Origin: an uncultured virus (IMG/VR IMGVR_UViG_3300020582_000004)
Taxonomy: Duplodnaviria > Heunggongvirae > Uroviricota > Caudoviricetes
Virus record (IMG/VR): IMGVR_UViG_3300020582_000004
Length of the DNA: 64,000 nt
Reading direction: 5' to 3' (one strand)
The notes beneath the pieces are model-generated. The model did no database searches and was not told where the DNA came from. It saw only the letters and a program-made list of their open reading frames with translations. Shown piece after piece: positions 7,396-16,513 of this stretch. Numbering within the stretch: the first letter of the stretch is position 1; every line of letters starts with the position of its first letter. The translations under genes were made by a program, and so were the position numbers.

Positions 7396-8231
7396 GATGC
7401 GTTCGTTTCATCGCGATGGCTTGCGCCGTTTTTCTTGGACTTCGATTTCGCACCACCCTTGACGCGTTCCATTTCCTCCGCGACCTGTGCTTGCGTAACA
7501 CCTTTGGTCTTCATCGCTGTCATGAGCGCGGGCGGGATCACGAGTCGGCGTTCGGCAGACGAGCACGCCTTGATGATGCGATCGGTCTCACTTTCGTGGA
7601 TGCCCTTGATGTTGAAGAGACCGTACTCACCATTTTTCTCTGCACGCCAGTCACCAAGACCGACAAGCTCGCCCATCGCCTGAAGAGCCCAGGTCACGTG
7701 CTCCATGGGAGTCTGGTCGACGATCACCTTGACGACGATCTCGATCATCCATTCGTCGTAACGAGGCCGCGCTCGAACGTCTGGCGTGCGATTCGACCAC
7801 GAGCCGACGCGTACGACGTCGTGCTGAAGCTCGGCCTTCGCAGCTCGCTTCGTCTTTGGGTTCAGGATCGGAGAGGTGAAGCCAAGCACACGCACTGCAC
7901 GCCTCATGGCCGCAGCATTGAGCTGCTTTCGGCTCGCTGCGACAGCAGTGAGCATGCCGGCTTTGATCCAGCGGCAAGGGATGACTTCGTCGCCGCGCTC
8001 GTTGAATGCGTGGGCATCGACGAACTCGCGCTCGAGGTCCTTGGGTTCGCGTGCAGAATCGAGCGGCGTGCCGTCTTGGCGACAGCCGACCATCTTCTCG
8101 AGCATCTCGGTGAATGACTTCTGACCGAATGCGTGAACGAGCATCGGACCACTGCCGATGAGCGCGTAACACGCGGTGTGTGCTTCGATGGACGGGAGCT
8201 TCAGATTGATCGATTTCGATTGGCTTTTCAT
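7392..8231 (-). CDS. stand-alone Cas7/RAMP-like RNA-binding protein
   Basis: N-terminal LIGSGPMLVHAF, IPCRWIKAGM (compare RAMP IPGSSLKG) and C-terminal Gly-rich loop VGLGDWRAEKNGEYGLF; AGAGGA RBS before ATG 8231 (track start 8255). Confidence 0.72.
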   Translation of the reverse strand: MKSQSKSINLKLPSIEAHTACYALIGSGPMLVHAFGQKSFTEMLEKMVGCRQDGTPLDSAREPKDLEREFVDAHAFNERGDEVIPCRWIKAGMLTAVAASRKQLNAAAMRRAVRVLGFTSPILNPKTKRAAKAELQHDVVRVGSWSNRTPDVRARPRYDEWMIEIVVKVIVDQTPMEHVTWALQAMGELVGLGDWRAEKNGEYGLFNIKGIHESETDRIIKACSSAERRLVIPPALMTAMKTKGVTQAQVAEEMERVKGGAKSKSKKNGASHRDETNAS

Positions 8232-8310
8232 TGTCGTTCCTCTTTCTTGTTTCACTACATCGCAGCCCGTGGCACCTACCGAGGGCTGAGAACTTTTATC
8301 GTTTTTGTCG

Positions 8311-8586
8311 TCACTTTTTCCTATTGCATTGACAGAACAGAATATCGCCCTGAAGAACGCCCACCGTGTCGGACGGGCAGGAGTGAGGGAGAACGCTTCC
8401 TCCGATGTTGAGAGCTTCGTCTTGGCAAGCGCGTGGCTCGTGATGAGACGCCATGTAAGACGTGATCAAAGAAGAGATCAAGGCAGAGGCAATGCAGCTT
8501 AGAAGATAAACCAACAAGGTGACATGTCGTTTTTCTTCAGACATCTCTTCTTCCTTCTTTGCGGAAATTCTGTACGGATTTTTCAT
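8311..8586 (-). CDS. small single-pass membrane protein with Cys-rich C-terminus
   Basis: TM segment VTLLVYLLSCIASALISSLITSYM. Confidence 0.55.
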   Translation of the reverse strand: MKNPYRISAKKEEEMSEEKRHVTLLVYLLSCIASALISSLITSYMASHHEPRACQDEALNIGGSVLPHSCPSDTVGVLQGDILFCQCNRKK

Positions 8587-8755
8587 GATTTGCGAAACGG
8601 CGACTTGCCTCCTGAAGCAACATGGTAAGCGTTTTCCCAGCAGTCCAGAAACGTCGTCATGGGAAGCGATGGGTCGAGCAAATCAATCGCCTCGTCGGCG
8701 GCTTTACGTGCTCGCGCGTTCGGAAACAACTCCTCGACCGTAGGCTGCTTACGCT

Positions 8756-9073
8756 TCATGCGGACTTCTTTGTGACTTTGACGTCGACATCGAAACCGAG
8801 CGCATCTGCCGCTCGCAGAATCGTACTCAGAGTGAGCGAACCGCCGAACTCCTTGTGGAGCACACGCTGCACTTGCGACGGCGAGGTCTTCATCATGGAC
8901 GCGAGCGCTCGAATCGAGATGCCTCGGTTCGTTCGACTCGTTTCAAAGACATCGGCAATCTGCCGACGGAGCGAGTTCTCTTGCATCGCGACACGGACCT
9001 CCGGGTCTTTGCGAGCCAGACATATTAGCGAGACGTAAGACTCGCCGACTCGTTTTGCTTTTTTCTTTTTCAT
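8756..9073 (-). CDS. XRE-family HTH regulator
   Basis: GISIRALASMMKTSPSQVQRVL...LTLSTILRAADALG. Confidence 0.8.
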   Translation of the reverse strand: MKKKKAKRVGESYVSLICLARKDPEVRVAMQENSLRRQIADVFETSRTNRGISIRALASMMKTSPSQVQRVLHKEFGGSLTLSTILRAADALGFDVDVKVTKKSA

Positions 9074-9273
9074 GCAGGCACTTTTGCGGCTATCTGCATG
9101 TCATAGAGTTCTTTGCCTAGCTCCTCGACACGTCTTTCGTGGCTCTTGATTTCGCGCACCAAAAAGTCCATGCGTCGATTGAAGTGCTCCAAGCAATAGC
9201 CGGCTCGGTAAATAGGCTTGTCACATTGCTTGGTATTGAAGACAGTGTAATGACCGAATTCTTTGCAGTTCAT
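9070..9273 (-). CDS. hypothetical protein
   Basis: Overlapping gene chain; C..C..C..H then coiled coil. Confidence 0.5.
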   Translation of the reverse strand: MNCKEFGHYTVFNTKQCDKPIYRAGYCLEHFNRRMDFLVREIKSHERRVEELGKELYDMQIAAKVPA

Positions 9274-10367
9274 ATCGTCCCTCTTTCTTTGAAGCTTAGG
9301 AGCGTAGCGCCTTCAAACGCTTCGAGTATGTCGCGCACGACGGCATGGCCCTCGGCGATCTCGCGCGCGTCGTCACTCACTTCTTGTGCACCTGCTGTGA
9401 GGTCATCGTAGAACGCAGCTGGGTTTTGGAGGTACTCTTGCCTGTAGTTCTGGCACTGCTCGATCAGCTCTTCGGGGTATTGTTGATCAGGCCAAATGAG
9501 CATCGCGGTCTCACACCAGCGCCCTGTGCGTGCGTAGAGATCCACGATGACGTCCCAGCTCTTGAACTCGGGCGTCGGGTACGTCTGATCACCTCGTCCA
9601 GCGCCGCCCGAGCCGCCGAAGCCCTCAGGCGCATTGAACTGGATCTCGGGCCAGACGTATTGCTTTTTCTTGGGCGCGACCTTGCGCTTTTTGACCTCGG
9701 CGATGAACTTCGGGACCGCGTCTTTGAGTGAGCGAGTGGCCTTGTTGAAGACGAACCAGTGCCTCGGAGATGTGATGTCGAGGCGATCGTCCACGAGCAC
9801 GTAGTGGCCTTTGAACTTGCCGCGCGTGAAACGTCCCAGCCAAATCTTGTCGCGGAGCACGATGGGCGAGTCTTTGAAGTCGCGACAGAGCACGGGGTCT
9901 TTGGGCAGCCCGCGGACTCGGTCTCGAGCTTCTTCGGCCAAGATGCCGAGAGCCTTGAGAGCGCGCTCGAGTGAGTGTTTGGTCGAGTAGACGAGACGCC
10001 CCATGATGGGCGCCGTGCCGCCACCAATGTCGTCAAGCGCTTCGGCTTCGGCTTCGACTTTGGCTTTTGCTTCGGAGACGCGGCTGATAGGAAGTGACCA
10101 GTCGATGATGTTGTAGCTCCCCTTGGCGTCTCGCACGACCTGGAGCGAGCCGTCTTTGATGGGCATCCCGTTTTTCCCAACCAGAGGCGGGATGACTTTG
10201 CCCGTGAACTGCGAGCCCGGATGCCGAGGCGCGTCGACCTTGTTGCCGCGTCCGTCTTCCCACTTGCGCCAGTCTTTCGGTGCGCGAGAAACTTCTTTGC
10301 CAAACGCTGGCAGTTTCATTTGCCAGTCAGGCGAATAGATTGGTTTAGGTGTGTCGTCGCTCATCAA
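9270..10367 (-). CDS. hypothetical protein (365 aa)
   Basis: Long ORF with protein-like composition; the alternative frames are Arg/Ser-rich shadows. Confidence 0.7.
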   Translation of the reverse strand: MMSDDTPKPIYSPDWQMKLPAFGKEVSRAPKDWRKWEDGRGNKVDAPRHPGSQFTGKVIPPLVGKNGMPIKDGSLQVVRDAKGSYNIIDWSLPISRVSEAKAKVEAEAEALDDIGGGTAPIMGRLVYSTKHSLERALKALGILAEEARDRVRGLPKDPVLCRDFKDSPIVLRDKIWLGRFTRGKFKGHYVLVDDRLDITSPRHWFVFNKATRSLKDAVPKFIAEVKKRKVAPKKKQYVWPEIQFNAPEGFGGSGGAGRGDQTYPTPEFKSWDVIVDLYARTGRWCETAMLIWPDQQYPEELIEQCQNYRQEYLQNPAAFYDDLTAGAQEVSDDAREIAEGHAVVRDILEAFEGATLLSFKERGTI

Positions 10368-10874
10368 ATCTCCAGAAGCTGGCTCAGATCACTCGATCCG
10401 GCCGCACGGGCAGCGAAGCTCGTACGGTGTGTTGCAGTTACCGCATACGCACACTGGCAAGGCGCTCATTGCCCGCTCCATGTCACGGTGACGTGGCCAC
10501 TGCGACCTGGGAAGCCGCTTTGGCCTTTCGCGCCGCCAGTGCCAAGGAGCTTCATGAGCAGTCTCGCGGCGCGCATGCCCTTGCGACCGCGAAAGCAGGC
10601 TCTCTTGGCGAGGGTTTCGAAAGACGCGTTCGACGCGCTACGCAGAACAGCTTTCATCCGCGATCTCCGAATTCGAAACCTAAGATGAAGAATCCCCAGC
10701 GACGTGGCAGCAGCCTTCCAGGGATGTCGCGAATAACGCCGGGACGATTGCGGAACACGCCAATGCGTGGCCCGTGAAACAGAAGCATCTTCCAGAGGTG
10801 CCATGGTCCCATGTGCAGTGGCCAGCGGATCTTGCTGCCCACAATTCGAATGAGCCCGAGTCGAACCAAGAACT

Positions 10875-11105
10875 TCATTGCCCGCTCCTGATGATCGACC
10901 CGCCACTCCCATCGGTGCGGCTTTTGCAGAAGTGATCGACGAGGCCGCCTTGCCCAAGAACGTACTCGCCGCACACCGCGCAGCGCGGCATTTGATTCGA
11001 GACGCCTGAGTATTGACGGGGGCCGGCCTCGGTCATCCCGTTATCGCGGAGCCACTTGCAAGTTGCACATTCGCAGCCTGCGGTGGGAAGAGGATAGGCG
11101 CTCAT
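10875..11105 (-). CDS. small zinc-finger protein
   Basis: CECATC and CAVC...HFC motifs. Confidence 0.5.
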   Translation of the reverse strand: MSAYPLPTAGCECATCKWLRDNGMTEAGPRQYSGVSNQMPRCAVCGEYVLGQGGLVDHFCKSRTDGSGGSIIRSGQ

Positions 11106-11485
11106 GGTTTCTCCTTATTTGTATCGGCAATAAAAGCAGCAAGTGCCAGCTGACGACCTGACAGCATTGCGGCTATAGCGTAACCAGCAAAGGCGCCGTC
11201 TTCTTTGGGCATTCGACTTCGTTCCACGTTGATCTGATATACGCGTTCGTATTCGTACAGTGCTTCTCTGTACCGCTCCGCACGCGATCGTTCGACAGCA
11301 AGTTGTTTTTCAATCACGTTTCGTCCGTGCCGCACATCCTGTACTAACTGCTTTAGTTTCTCGAGCTGCACGGTGAGACAACGCTCAAGAGTGTGGAGTG
11401 GTACGTCGTCGGTGTTCTCGTGTTGAAAGTGTTCCGTAGTCACTTCAGGATCAAATTCCGTCCCGCACTTCGGACACGCGCTCAT
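11102..11485 (-). CDS. CxxC-HxxxxC zinc finger plus coiled coil (paralogue 1)
   Basis: MSACPKCGTEF...HTLERCLTVQLEKLK. Confidence 0.65.
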   Translation of the reverse strand: MSACPKCGTEFDPEVTTEHFQHENTDDVPLHTLERCLTVQLEKLKQLVQDVRHGRNVIEKQLAVERSRAERYREALYEYERVYQINVERSRMPKEDGAFAGYAIAAMLSGRQLALAAFIADTNKEKP

Positions 11486-11827
11486 GCCTTCTTCCCCGCA
11501 TCGTCGAGCACGCCGGCGGCGCCATCGCATTTGCACACGTCGCGAGCCTCACCACAGGTGTTGCAAAGTTGACCCGTGCCGTTGCAGTTGAAACATCTCT
11601 CGCACGACTCCTCGTCGTAGCAATCGGGGCAGTCCTGCCAACGCTCCACTTTGCTCACGTGCCGCCGCCTTTCTCGTGGTTGCGCTTCGCTCTCTTCTTG
11701 CGTCGCGATGCGCGTGGCGTGAGCTGATAGACGCGTTCATCAGACATGGGGCTACCCTTAATTATCTCTCGAGCAGTGAACTGCCCGATCATGAAGTTCC
11801 ACGAGACAGCGAATCTTTTAGGCCATC

Positions 11828-12139
11828 TCATCGCTCCCCCTTCCCCGTCTCCGCTCGGGCCTCGGTCTGGAGCAGGGCGATAATGGCCTCCTCGTACGGA
11901 TAGCTCTTGGCACCGTTAGGGCCGTGCCAACTCTGCCCAAAGCCCCGAGCTAACTTCGCCGCCGCCTCGATGCCCTCCCGCTTCCCGGCCGCGTGGGCTT
12001 CGTCGATCAGCTTGACGAGGTCGGTGAGGCATCCTGCACACTCGATCCGCTCAGTGCCAGCACGACATGGTCCGTTAGCGTACTCACGAGCCAGCTTCTT
12101 CGCGTCAAACTTCTCGTCCCAGAGACTATTCTCGCTCAC
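11828..12139 (-). CDS. hypothetical protein
   Basis: AGGATGG RBS-like sequence upstream; helical composition. Confidence 0.55.
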   Translation of the reverse strand: MSENSLWDEKFDAKKLAREYANGPCRAGTERIECAGCLTDLVKLIDEAHAAGKREGIEAAAKLARGFGQSWHGPNGAKSYPYEEAIIALLQTEARAETGKGER

Positions 12140-12142
12140 GTC

Positions 12143-12472
12143 TCACCCATCCTTTCGCGGGGCCTGGGAGGCGGCGAGGGCCTTCTTAGCCTCCGTCACC
12201 CACAATGGATCGCAGACTTCGCGGCCTTCGCTATCCGTCCACGGAGGCAGCTCCGCGATCCGTTGCAGCGCCTCCTCCAGCTCTGCTACGCGGGCTTGTT
12301 CAGCAGCGAGCTGTAGCTCGGCGTTCGCCGCATTAACTACGGCTTCACGAATGGCCTCATCACGCTCCGCCTTCATCTTCTCGAGCTGCACAATGAGGCA
12401 ATCAGCCTCCGTGTGTAAATTGTCGAGGAATGCCATCTCGTACTCCGTCCCGCACTTCGGACACGTGGTCAT
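12143..12472 (-). CDS. CxxC-HxxxxC zinc finger plus coiled coil (paralogue 2)
   Basis: MTTCPKCGTEY...HTEADCLIVQLEKMKAERDEA. Confidence 0.7.
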   Translation of the reverse strand: MTTCPKCGTEYEMAFLDNLHTEADCLIVQLEKMKAERDEAIREAVVNAANAELQLAAEQARVAELEEALQRIAELPPWTDSEGREVCDPLWVTEAKKALAASQAPRKDG

Positions 12473-12927
12473 GGCTTTTCCTCCTCGAACGCGCTTGTGG
12501 CGAGAGCTTCACGTGCTGCGTGCGTCAATGAGAACGGTGCGCTCTTGTATGCGAGCACTTTCTCCAATACGACCTTATACCGCTCTGCGCGTGCGCGTTC
12601 GGCGTTTCGACTTGCAGTTAGCTCTCGGACCGAACGAGCGTAGTCTCGTTCATACACAACGATGTCCGATGCATCACAGAGCGCTCCTGAAACGTTTTTC
12701 CACATTACGTGGAGCGCATCAAAATCTGCCTTCAGTTCCGCGTCGAACGCTGACAGCCTCGCCTCATCACGCTCCGCCTTCATCTTCGCGAGCTGCACGT
12801 TAAGGCAGCGCTCGGGGGTGTGCGGTTCGTGCGGCGGGAGGCTCTCACGGATTACACGAGTCTCTTCTAGTCCTTCGCCAATCCATTCTTCGTACAGCTC
12901 TGTTCTGCAATTCGGGCACGGGGTCAT
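12469..12927 (-). CDS. CxxC-HxxxxC zinc finger plus coiled coil (paralogue 3)
   Basis: MTPCPNCRTEL...HTPERCLNVQLAKMKAERDEA. Confidence 0.7.
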   Translation of the reverse strand: MTPCPNCRTELYEEWIGEGLEETRVIRESLPPHEPHTPERCLNVQLAKMKAERDEARLSAFDAELKADFDALHVMWKNVSGALCDASDIVVYERDYARSVRELTASRNAERARAERYKVVLEKVLAYKSAPFSLTHAAREALATSAFEEEKP

Positions 12928-13487
12928 GGTTCTCTCTTTTTCAAGTGATCGCCGCGCTCGATTTCGTTTCGAACAGCGCGTACCGACATGGCTGCCACAG
13001 TGGCTTCTTCGAGCTTGGAATTATGAAGTAGGTCTTCGACACGGTGGCTCAAGAAGATGACGATCTTGTCGCGTTCGTCCTGAGCGCCGGTCTTGAGCTT
13101 CGCGATTTCTTCTTTGGCCATCTCGAGGCGCGTCGTCGCGAGGTCAAGCTCGGCTTCGAGCACGCCGTTTTCGTCGGCGATCTCTCGAGCGCGCAAGTCC
13201 GGATCCTTGCACATGTACTCGCGTACGTATTCGCGCGTTCGTGCTTTCCACGCGTCACGTTCCGCGATCATCTCGGCGAGCTTCCACACGGCCTCCGCCC
13301 AGCGACAGCGATCCACGTCGTGCTCTTCGTGATTAGGCGAATCGAGATAATCATAGAACGCGCGGTCGTTGTTGCAGCTCAAACAGCGACCGCTGCCCGC
13401 CTCGCACGTGAGGTGTTTGCAGTCTCGAACGTGAAGCATCGTGCCGCAGTTGCGGCAGGGTTTGTCTTCTTTCAGCTTGAAGGCCAT
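12924..13487 (-). CDS. zinc finger plus coiled coil (paralogue 4)
   Basis: KPCRNCGT...HDVDRCRW...MIAERDA. Confidence 0.65.
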   Translation of the reverse strand: MAFKLKEDKPCRNCGTMLHVRDCKHLTCEAGSGRCLSCNNDRAFYDYLDSPNHEEHDVDRCRWAEAVWKLAEMIAERDAWKARTREYVREYMCKDPDLRAREIADENGVLEAELDLATTRLEMAKEEIAKLKTGAQDERDKIVIFLSHRVEDLLHNSKLEEATVAAMSVRAVRNEIERGDHLKKREP

Positions 13488-13897
13488 CACGTCACCTGCT
13501 TCGGCCGAAACGCTTCGAGCACCTTGGTCTCGGCAGCGAGCACCGCGGGCGTCGCTTCTTCGGGATGCCTCGCGATGTAACGGCACACGAGAGGCCGCGC
13601 GGCTTCGAGCGCGTCGCGGAGGCGCGCGTTTTCCGTCTCGATTGCTTTGCGCGCGGTTTCCTGCGTTTCAGCGTGCTTCTCAAGCTTCTCCCACCACTCG
13701 AGGCTAATTACAAGTACGTGCGCGTGCATCGAGGCGCTCATCTTCGACTTTGCCCACTTGGACGCGAGAATGTCGCGACACCTCGATGGCGAGTGCGGCA
13801 AAGTCTCATCCGGTAGCTCGTGCGGCCAGCGACCTTGACCAACCATGATGGTCGATTCGCGCTCACTCAGCTCGGTTTCGCAGTACTCGCACTTCAT
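13487..13897 (-). CDS. CxxC-HxxxxC zinc finger plus coiled coil (paralogue 5)
   Basis: MKCEYCETEL...HSPSRCRDIL. Confidence 0.65.
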   Translation of the reverse strand: MKCEYCETELSERESTIMVGQGRWPHELPDETLPHSPSRCRDILASKWAKSKMSASMHAHVLVISLEWWEKLEKHAETQETARKAIETENARLRDALEAARPLVCRYIARHPEEATPAVLAAETKVLEAFRPKQVT

Positions 13898-14166
13898 GTA
13901 CTCGCTCCTTCAAGCGCCTTGCGAAGAGAATCTTTTGCGATCTGAAACCCGAATCTCACGCCTTCGAGCGCGTCACGCCCGTACTGATACCCGGCTTTCT
14001 TCTTTTCCTCCCACGCGCGTTCGAAGGCGCGCCGATCGGAAAGCCAGACTCGTATCGCTTCACGCAGTTTGAAGTTTTGCGACTCGACTTCGACTAGCTT
14101 AACGCGAAGACACTCGGAGCAATCGTATGCCTCTCGCTCGGTAGCGCAATGTGGCTTGTCATTCAT
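13894..14166 (-). CDS. hypothetical protein
   Basis: ATGA-coupled; HC...CSEC plus coiled coil. Confidence 0.55.
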   Translation of the reverse strand: MNDKPHCATEREAYDCSECLRVKLVEVESQNFKLREAIRVWLSDRRAFERAWEEKKKAGYQYGRDALEGVRFGFQIAKDSLRKALEGAST

Positions 14167-14179
14167 GGTTGGCTCTCAA

Positions 14180-15286
14180 TCATAGAAACACCGACCTTGC
14201 GAGAATAGGCGCATCGGCGTCTTTGCCTGGCTTCCAATATGGCTCAATCCACTGCATGCGCCTGAGGCTCTGCTTTGGGCCACAAGCTTGATTGCGATAG
14301 TGGCCGCGCACGACGAACTGAAACGCGGGCGACTTGTGGTGCGTGCCATTGACGTATCGACGCACGCCCTCGCGGACGTCGGCGCGAACTTCTTTGCCGA
14401 GCACCGTGTACCGATGCTCAGGAGGCACGCCACGAACGCGTTTGGCTTGTGAGAGCCTGAGGCCCTCATACTTCCAATTGCTCTTGGTTTGATAGGCGAC
14501 GAGCATCCCGGCGACGTAGTGACGGATCATGATGAACATCCGCTGCTCTTCTTTCGTCGCATTGCGCATGGAACCTTCAGGAGGTAAAGCGCCACCTCTG
14601 TCCCTCTCGTCTTTATCTTTGGGCTCAGGCTCTGATGATGGCATGGAAACTTTAGCGCCAAGATCATCGGCCTCGAGTTGCTCTTCATCATCCACTTGTG
14701 GAACTTCAGATTCATCCAGAGGCGTAAAGAGCAAATCGTCAATAGTGTCCGAGAGCATAAACATCGTACGATGCCTTGAGCCACCGCACACATGAAGACC
14801 AACCTCGCCAAGACGTGCAATGTCGAGACGAGCATATTCCGCATCTACGAGACCGATTGGAATGCGAAATACGATGCCGGGTGAAGGAAAGTGAACGTCG
14901 TTGAAACCCACGGACTCGGCCGTCGTGCACATGAGGGCAGCCGCGTACGTGTCCGAGTGCGCTTCGAGTGTCGTGAATCCATCGTGAGCCCAGCGCTCAA
15001 TGCCGCTCGATTCGTCCATGTCGTCGCCGCGATCTTTGTTGGATTGCCAACAGAGAGCGGCCCACTTGCAAAGCTCATCGTATGGAAACGACCAAGGCTG
15101 CGAGAATCTCTTTCGCTGAGCCGCAGACGGCCCTAAGTCGATGACTCGAACGCGCTGCCTGATGAGATTGAGTAACTCATCGAGCGGGACTGGTTCGCCT
15201 GTGTCAGCATCGACGACTTCACGAGCCGCAGCGATGCCGCCGAAATAATTCTCAGGCCTCGAAGGCCTCTCTTCGTCGTCGGTCAT
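14180..15286 (-). CDS. phage hypothetical protein with C-terminal VRGH-x-R motif
   Basis: VVRGHYRNQACGP...QWIEPYWK, a motif I recognise from uncharacterised phage proteins. Confidence 0.7.
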   Translation of the reverse strand: MTDDEERPSRPENYFGGIAAAREVVDADTGEPVPLDELLNLIRQRVRVIDLGPSAAQRKRFSQPWSFPYDELCKWAALCWQSNKDRGDDMDESSGIERWAHDGFTTLEAHSDTYAAALMCTTAESVGFNDVHFPSPGIVFRIPIGLVDAEYARLDIARLGEVGLHVCGGSRHRTMFMLSDTIDDLLFTPLDESEVPQVDDEEQLEADDLGAKVSMPSSEPEPKDKDERDRGGALPPEGSMRNATKEEQRMFIMIRHYVAGMLVAYQTKSNWKYEGLRLSQAKRVRGVPPEHRYTVLGKEVRADVREGVRRYVNGTHHKSPAFQFVVRGHYRNQACGPKQSLRRMQWIEPYWKPGKDADAPILARSVFL

Positions 15287-15534
15287 GACAGCAGCGCATC
15301 TCCAGGAACGCCGTGCGCCCGGTTCCACGCGACGAGCTTGTCGTTGAACTCGACACGCGACGCGTCGATCTGCGTCTGCGAGAGCGCGAGCACGACGCGC
15401 AAAAACTCATCCACGTCATCGGGTTTGTTCTCGGACGTCATGAGCGTGTAGACGAGGAGCCCGAAGCGCTGCGTTTGAGGCGAGCATGCTTCGATGACTT
15501 CGCGCATCTTATGAACGAACGATACTTTCATCAC
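15283..15534 (-). CDS. hypothetical protein
   Basis: Coupled gene chain. Confidence 0.5.
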   Translation of the reverse strand: MMKVSFVHKMREVIEACSPQTQRFGLLVYTLMTSENKPDDVDEFLRVVLALSQTQIDASRVEFNDKLVAWNRAHGVPGDALLS

Positions 15535-15537
15535 CTC

Positions 15538-15789
15538 TTACCTCTTCTTCCTCTTTCTTGCGTTTCTTTTTGCCGCCTTGCGTACCGACTTCTTTTTGGG
15601 CTCTTGAGCGAGCTGGTAGCAAGCGATCACGACATCGTTTCTGATACCTTCTAAGCCTTCGTCATAGAGATAGTCTTCTACGTCGGCGTAGCTACTGAAC
15701 GCTCGACTGAGTTCTAGATACCATTGCTTGTAATCAACAGACGTGTACATCTTGTTAGCGACGACCCAAATTTTGCTCGGCATCTTCAT
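15538..15789 (-). CDS. hypothetical protein with basic tail
   Basis: Coupled gene chain; tail KKKSVRKAAKRNARKRKKR. Confidence 0.5.
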   Translation of the reverse strand: MKMPSKIWVVANKMYTSVDYKQWYLELSRAFSSYADVEDYLYDEGLEGIRNDVVIACYQLAQEPKKKSVRKAAKRNARKRKKR

Positions 15790-15979
15790 GACTTGATCGC
15801 AGCTCCGCTAATGTGAAGGTGAGCGCCGCACTCACACACGATTTCGATTCCGATGTTGAGAATCTCGGGAAAGCCTTTTGGAACCGTGACTTCGAGTCCT
15901 GTTAGAGTCGGGACCTCGCGCTCGCAGTTTGTGCAATGAGGCTTTTCACGGTGCTGTCCTGGAAATCGAACCACGTTGC

Positions 15980-16264
15980 TCATCGCGATTTGCTGCATCT
16001 CTCGTAGTGAAAGCCGCTGTCACGACTGCACTCCTTGCACCAAAGCGTTAGCTGGTCCTCGGAAGTCGGGCCAAGAAATGGATGAGCGAGACTCTTGGCG
16101 AAGCGAAACCCAGCTTCTTCGACAACGTCCAAGCGCTTGAGCGCGGCGTTCGCGGCTTGCGCGATGAGCGCCAGGTCCGAGTCGTCACGCCTCTTGAGGC
16201 ACGAGCGCCAAAGCCTCTCGAGAAGCTCGCGTTGCTTGTTCCAGATCTGATCATCGTCACTCAT
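15980..16264 (-). CDS. hypothetical protein
   Basis: AGGAG RBS; C-terminal CKEC...H...C. Confidence 0.5.
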   Translation of the reverse strand: MSDDDQIWNKQRELLERLWRSCLKRRDDSDLALIAQAANAALKRLDVVEEAGFRFAKSLAHPFLGPTSEDQLTLWCKECSRDSGFHYERCSKSR

Positions 16265-16444
16265 TTACTCGTCTCCTTGAAAGGCACGCGTGTGCTGTTC
16301 GCGGATGAACCGTCGAATCAGGATGGAAGCCGGCTCGCCCATGTGCGTCGAAAGCTCACGGAGCTGCATGCTTTCGTCTTTTGTGAGCAGCAGCGTGAAC
16401 TTCTTCGAGCGGATCTCGCTCTTCGTTTTCGTGGGTCTGGCCAT
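16265..16444 (-). CDS. ribbon-helix-helix DNA-binding protein
   Basis: MARP...RSKKFTLLLTKDESMQLRELS...ASILIRRFIRE. Confidence 0.65.
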   Translation of the reverse strand: MARPTKTKSEIRSKKFTLLLTKDESMQLRELSTHMGEPASILIRRFIREQHTRAFQGDE

Positions 16445-16451
16445 ATGGGAT

Positions 16452-16480
16452 AAGATACGGCAAATAAACTGCGACGTCAA
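16452..16480 (-). promoter_or_regulatory. sigma70-like promoter (TTGACG-N17-TATCTT), probably leaderless
   Basis: The -10 element ends 7 nt before ATG 16444. Confidence 0.6.
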
Positions 16481-16513
16481 CTTCGTCGCGAGGCTCTGGT
16501 AGAATCGAGGCCG

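Noticed and set aside
11907..12803. Long plus-strand ORFs such as 11907..12803, 21808..22587, 35882..36640 and 58238..58939
   Set aside because: They are antisense shadows of well-supported minus-strand genes in high-GC DNA, with Ser/Arg/Ala-rich composition and no motifs.
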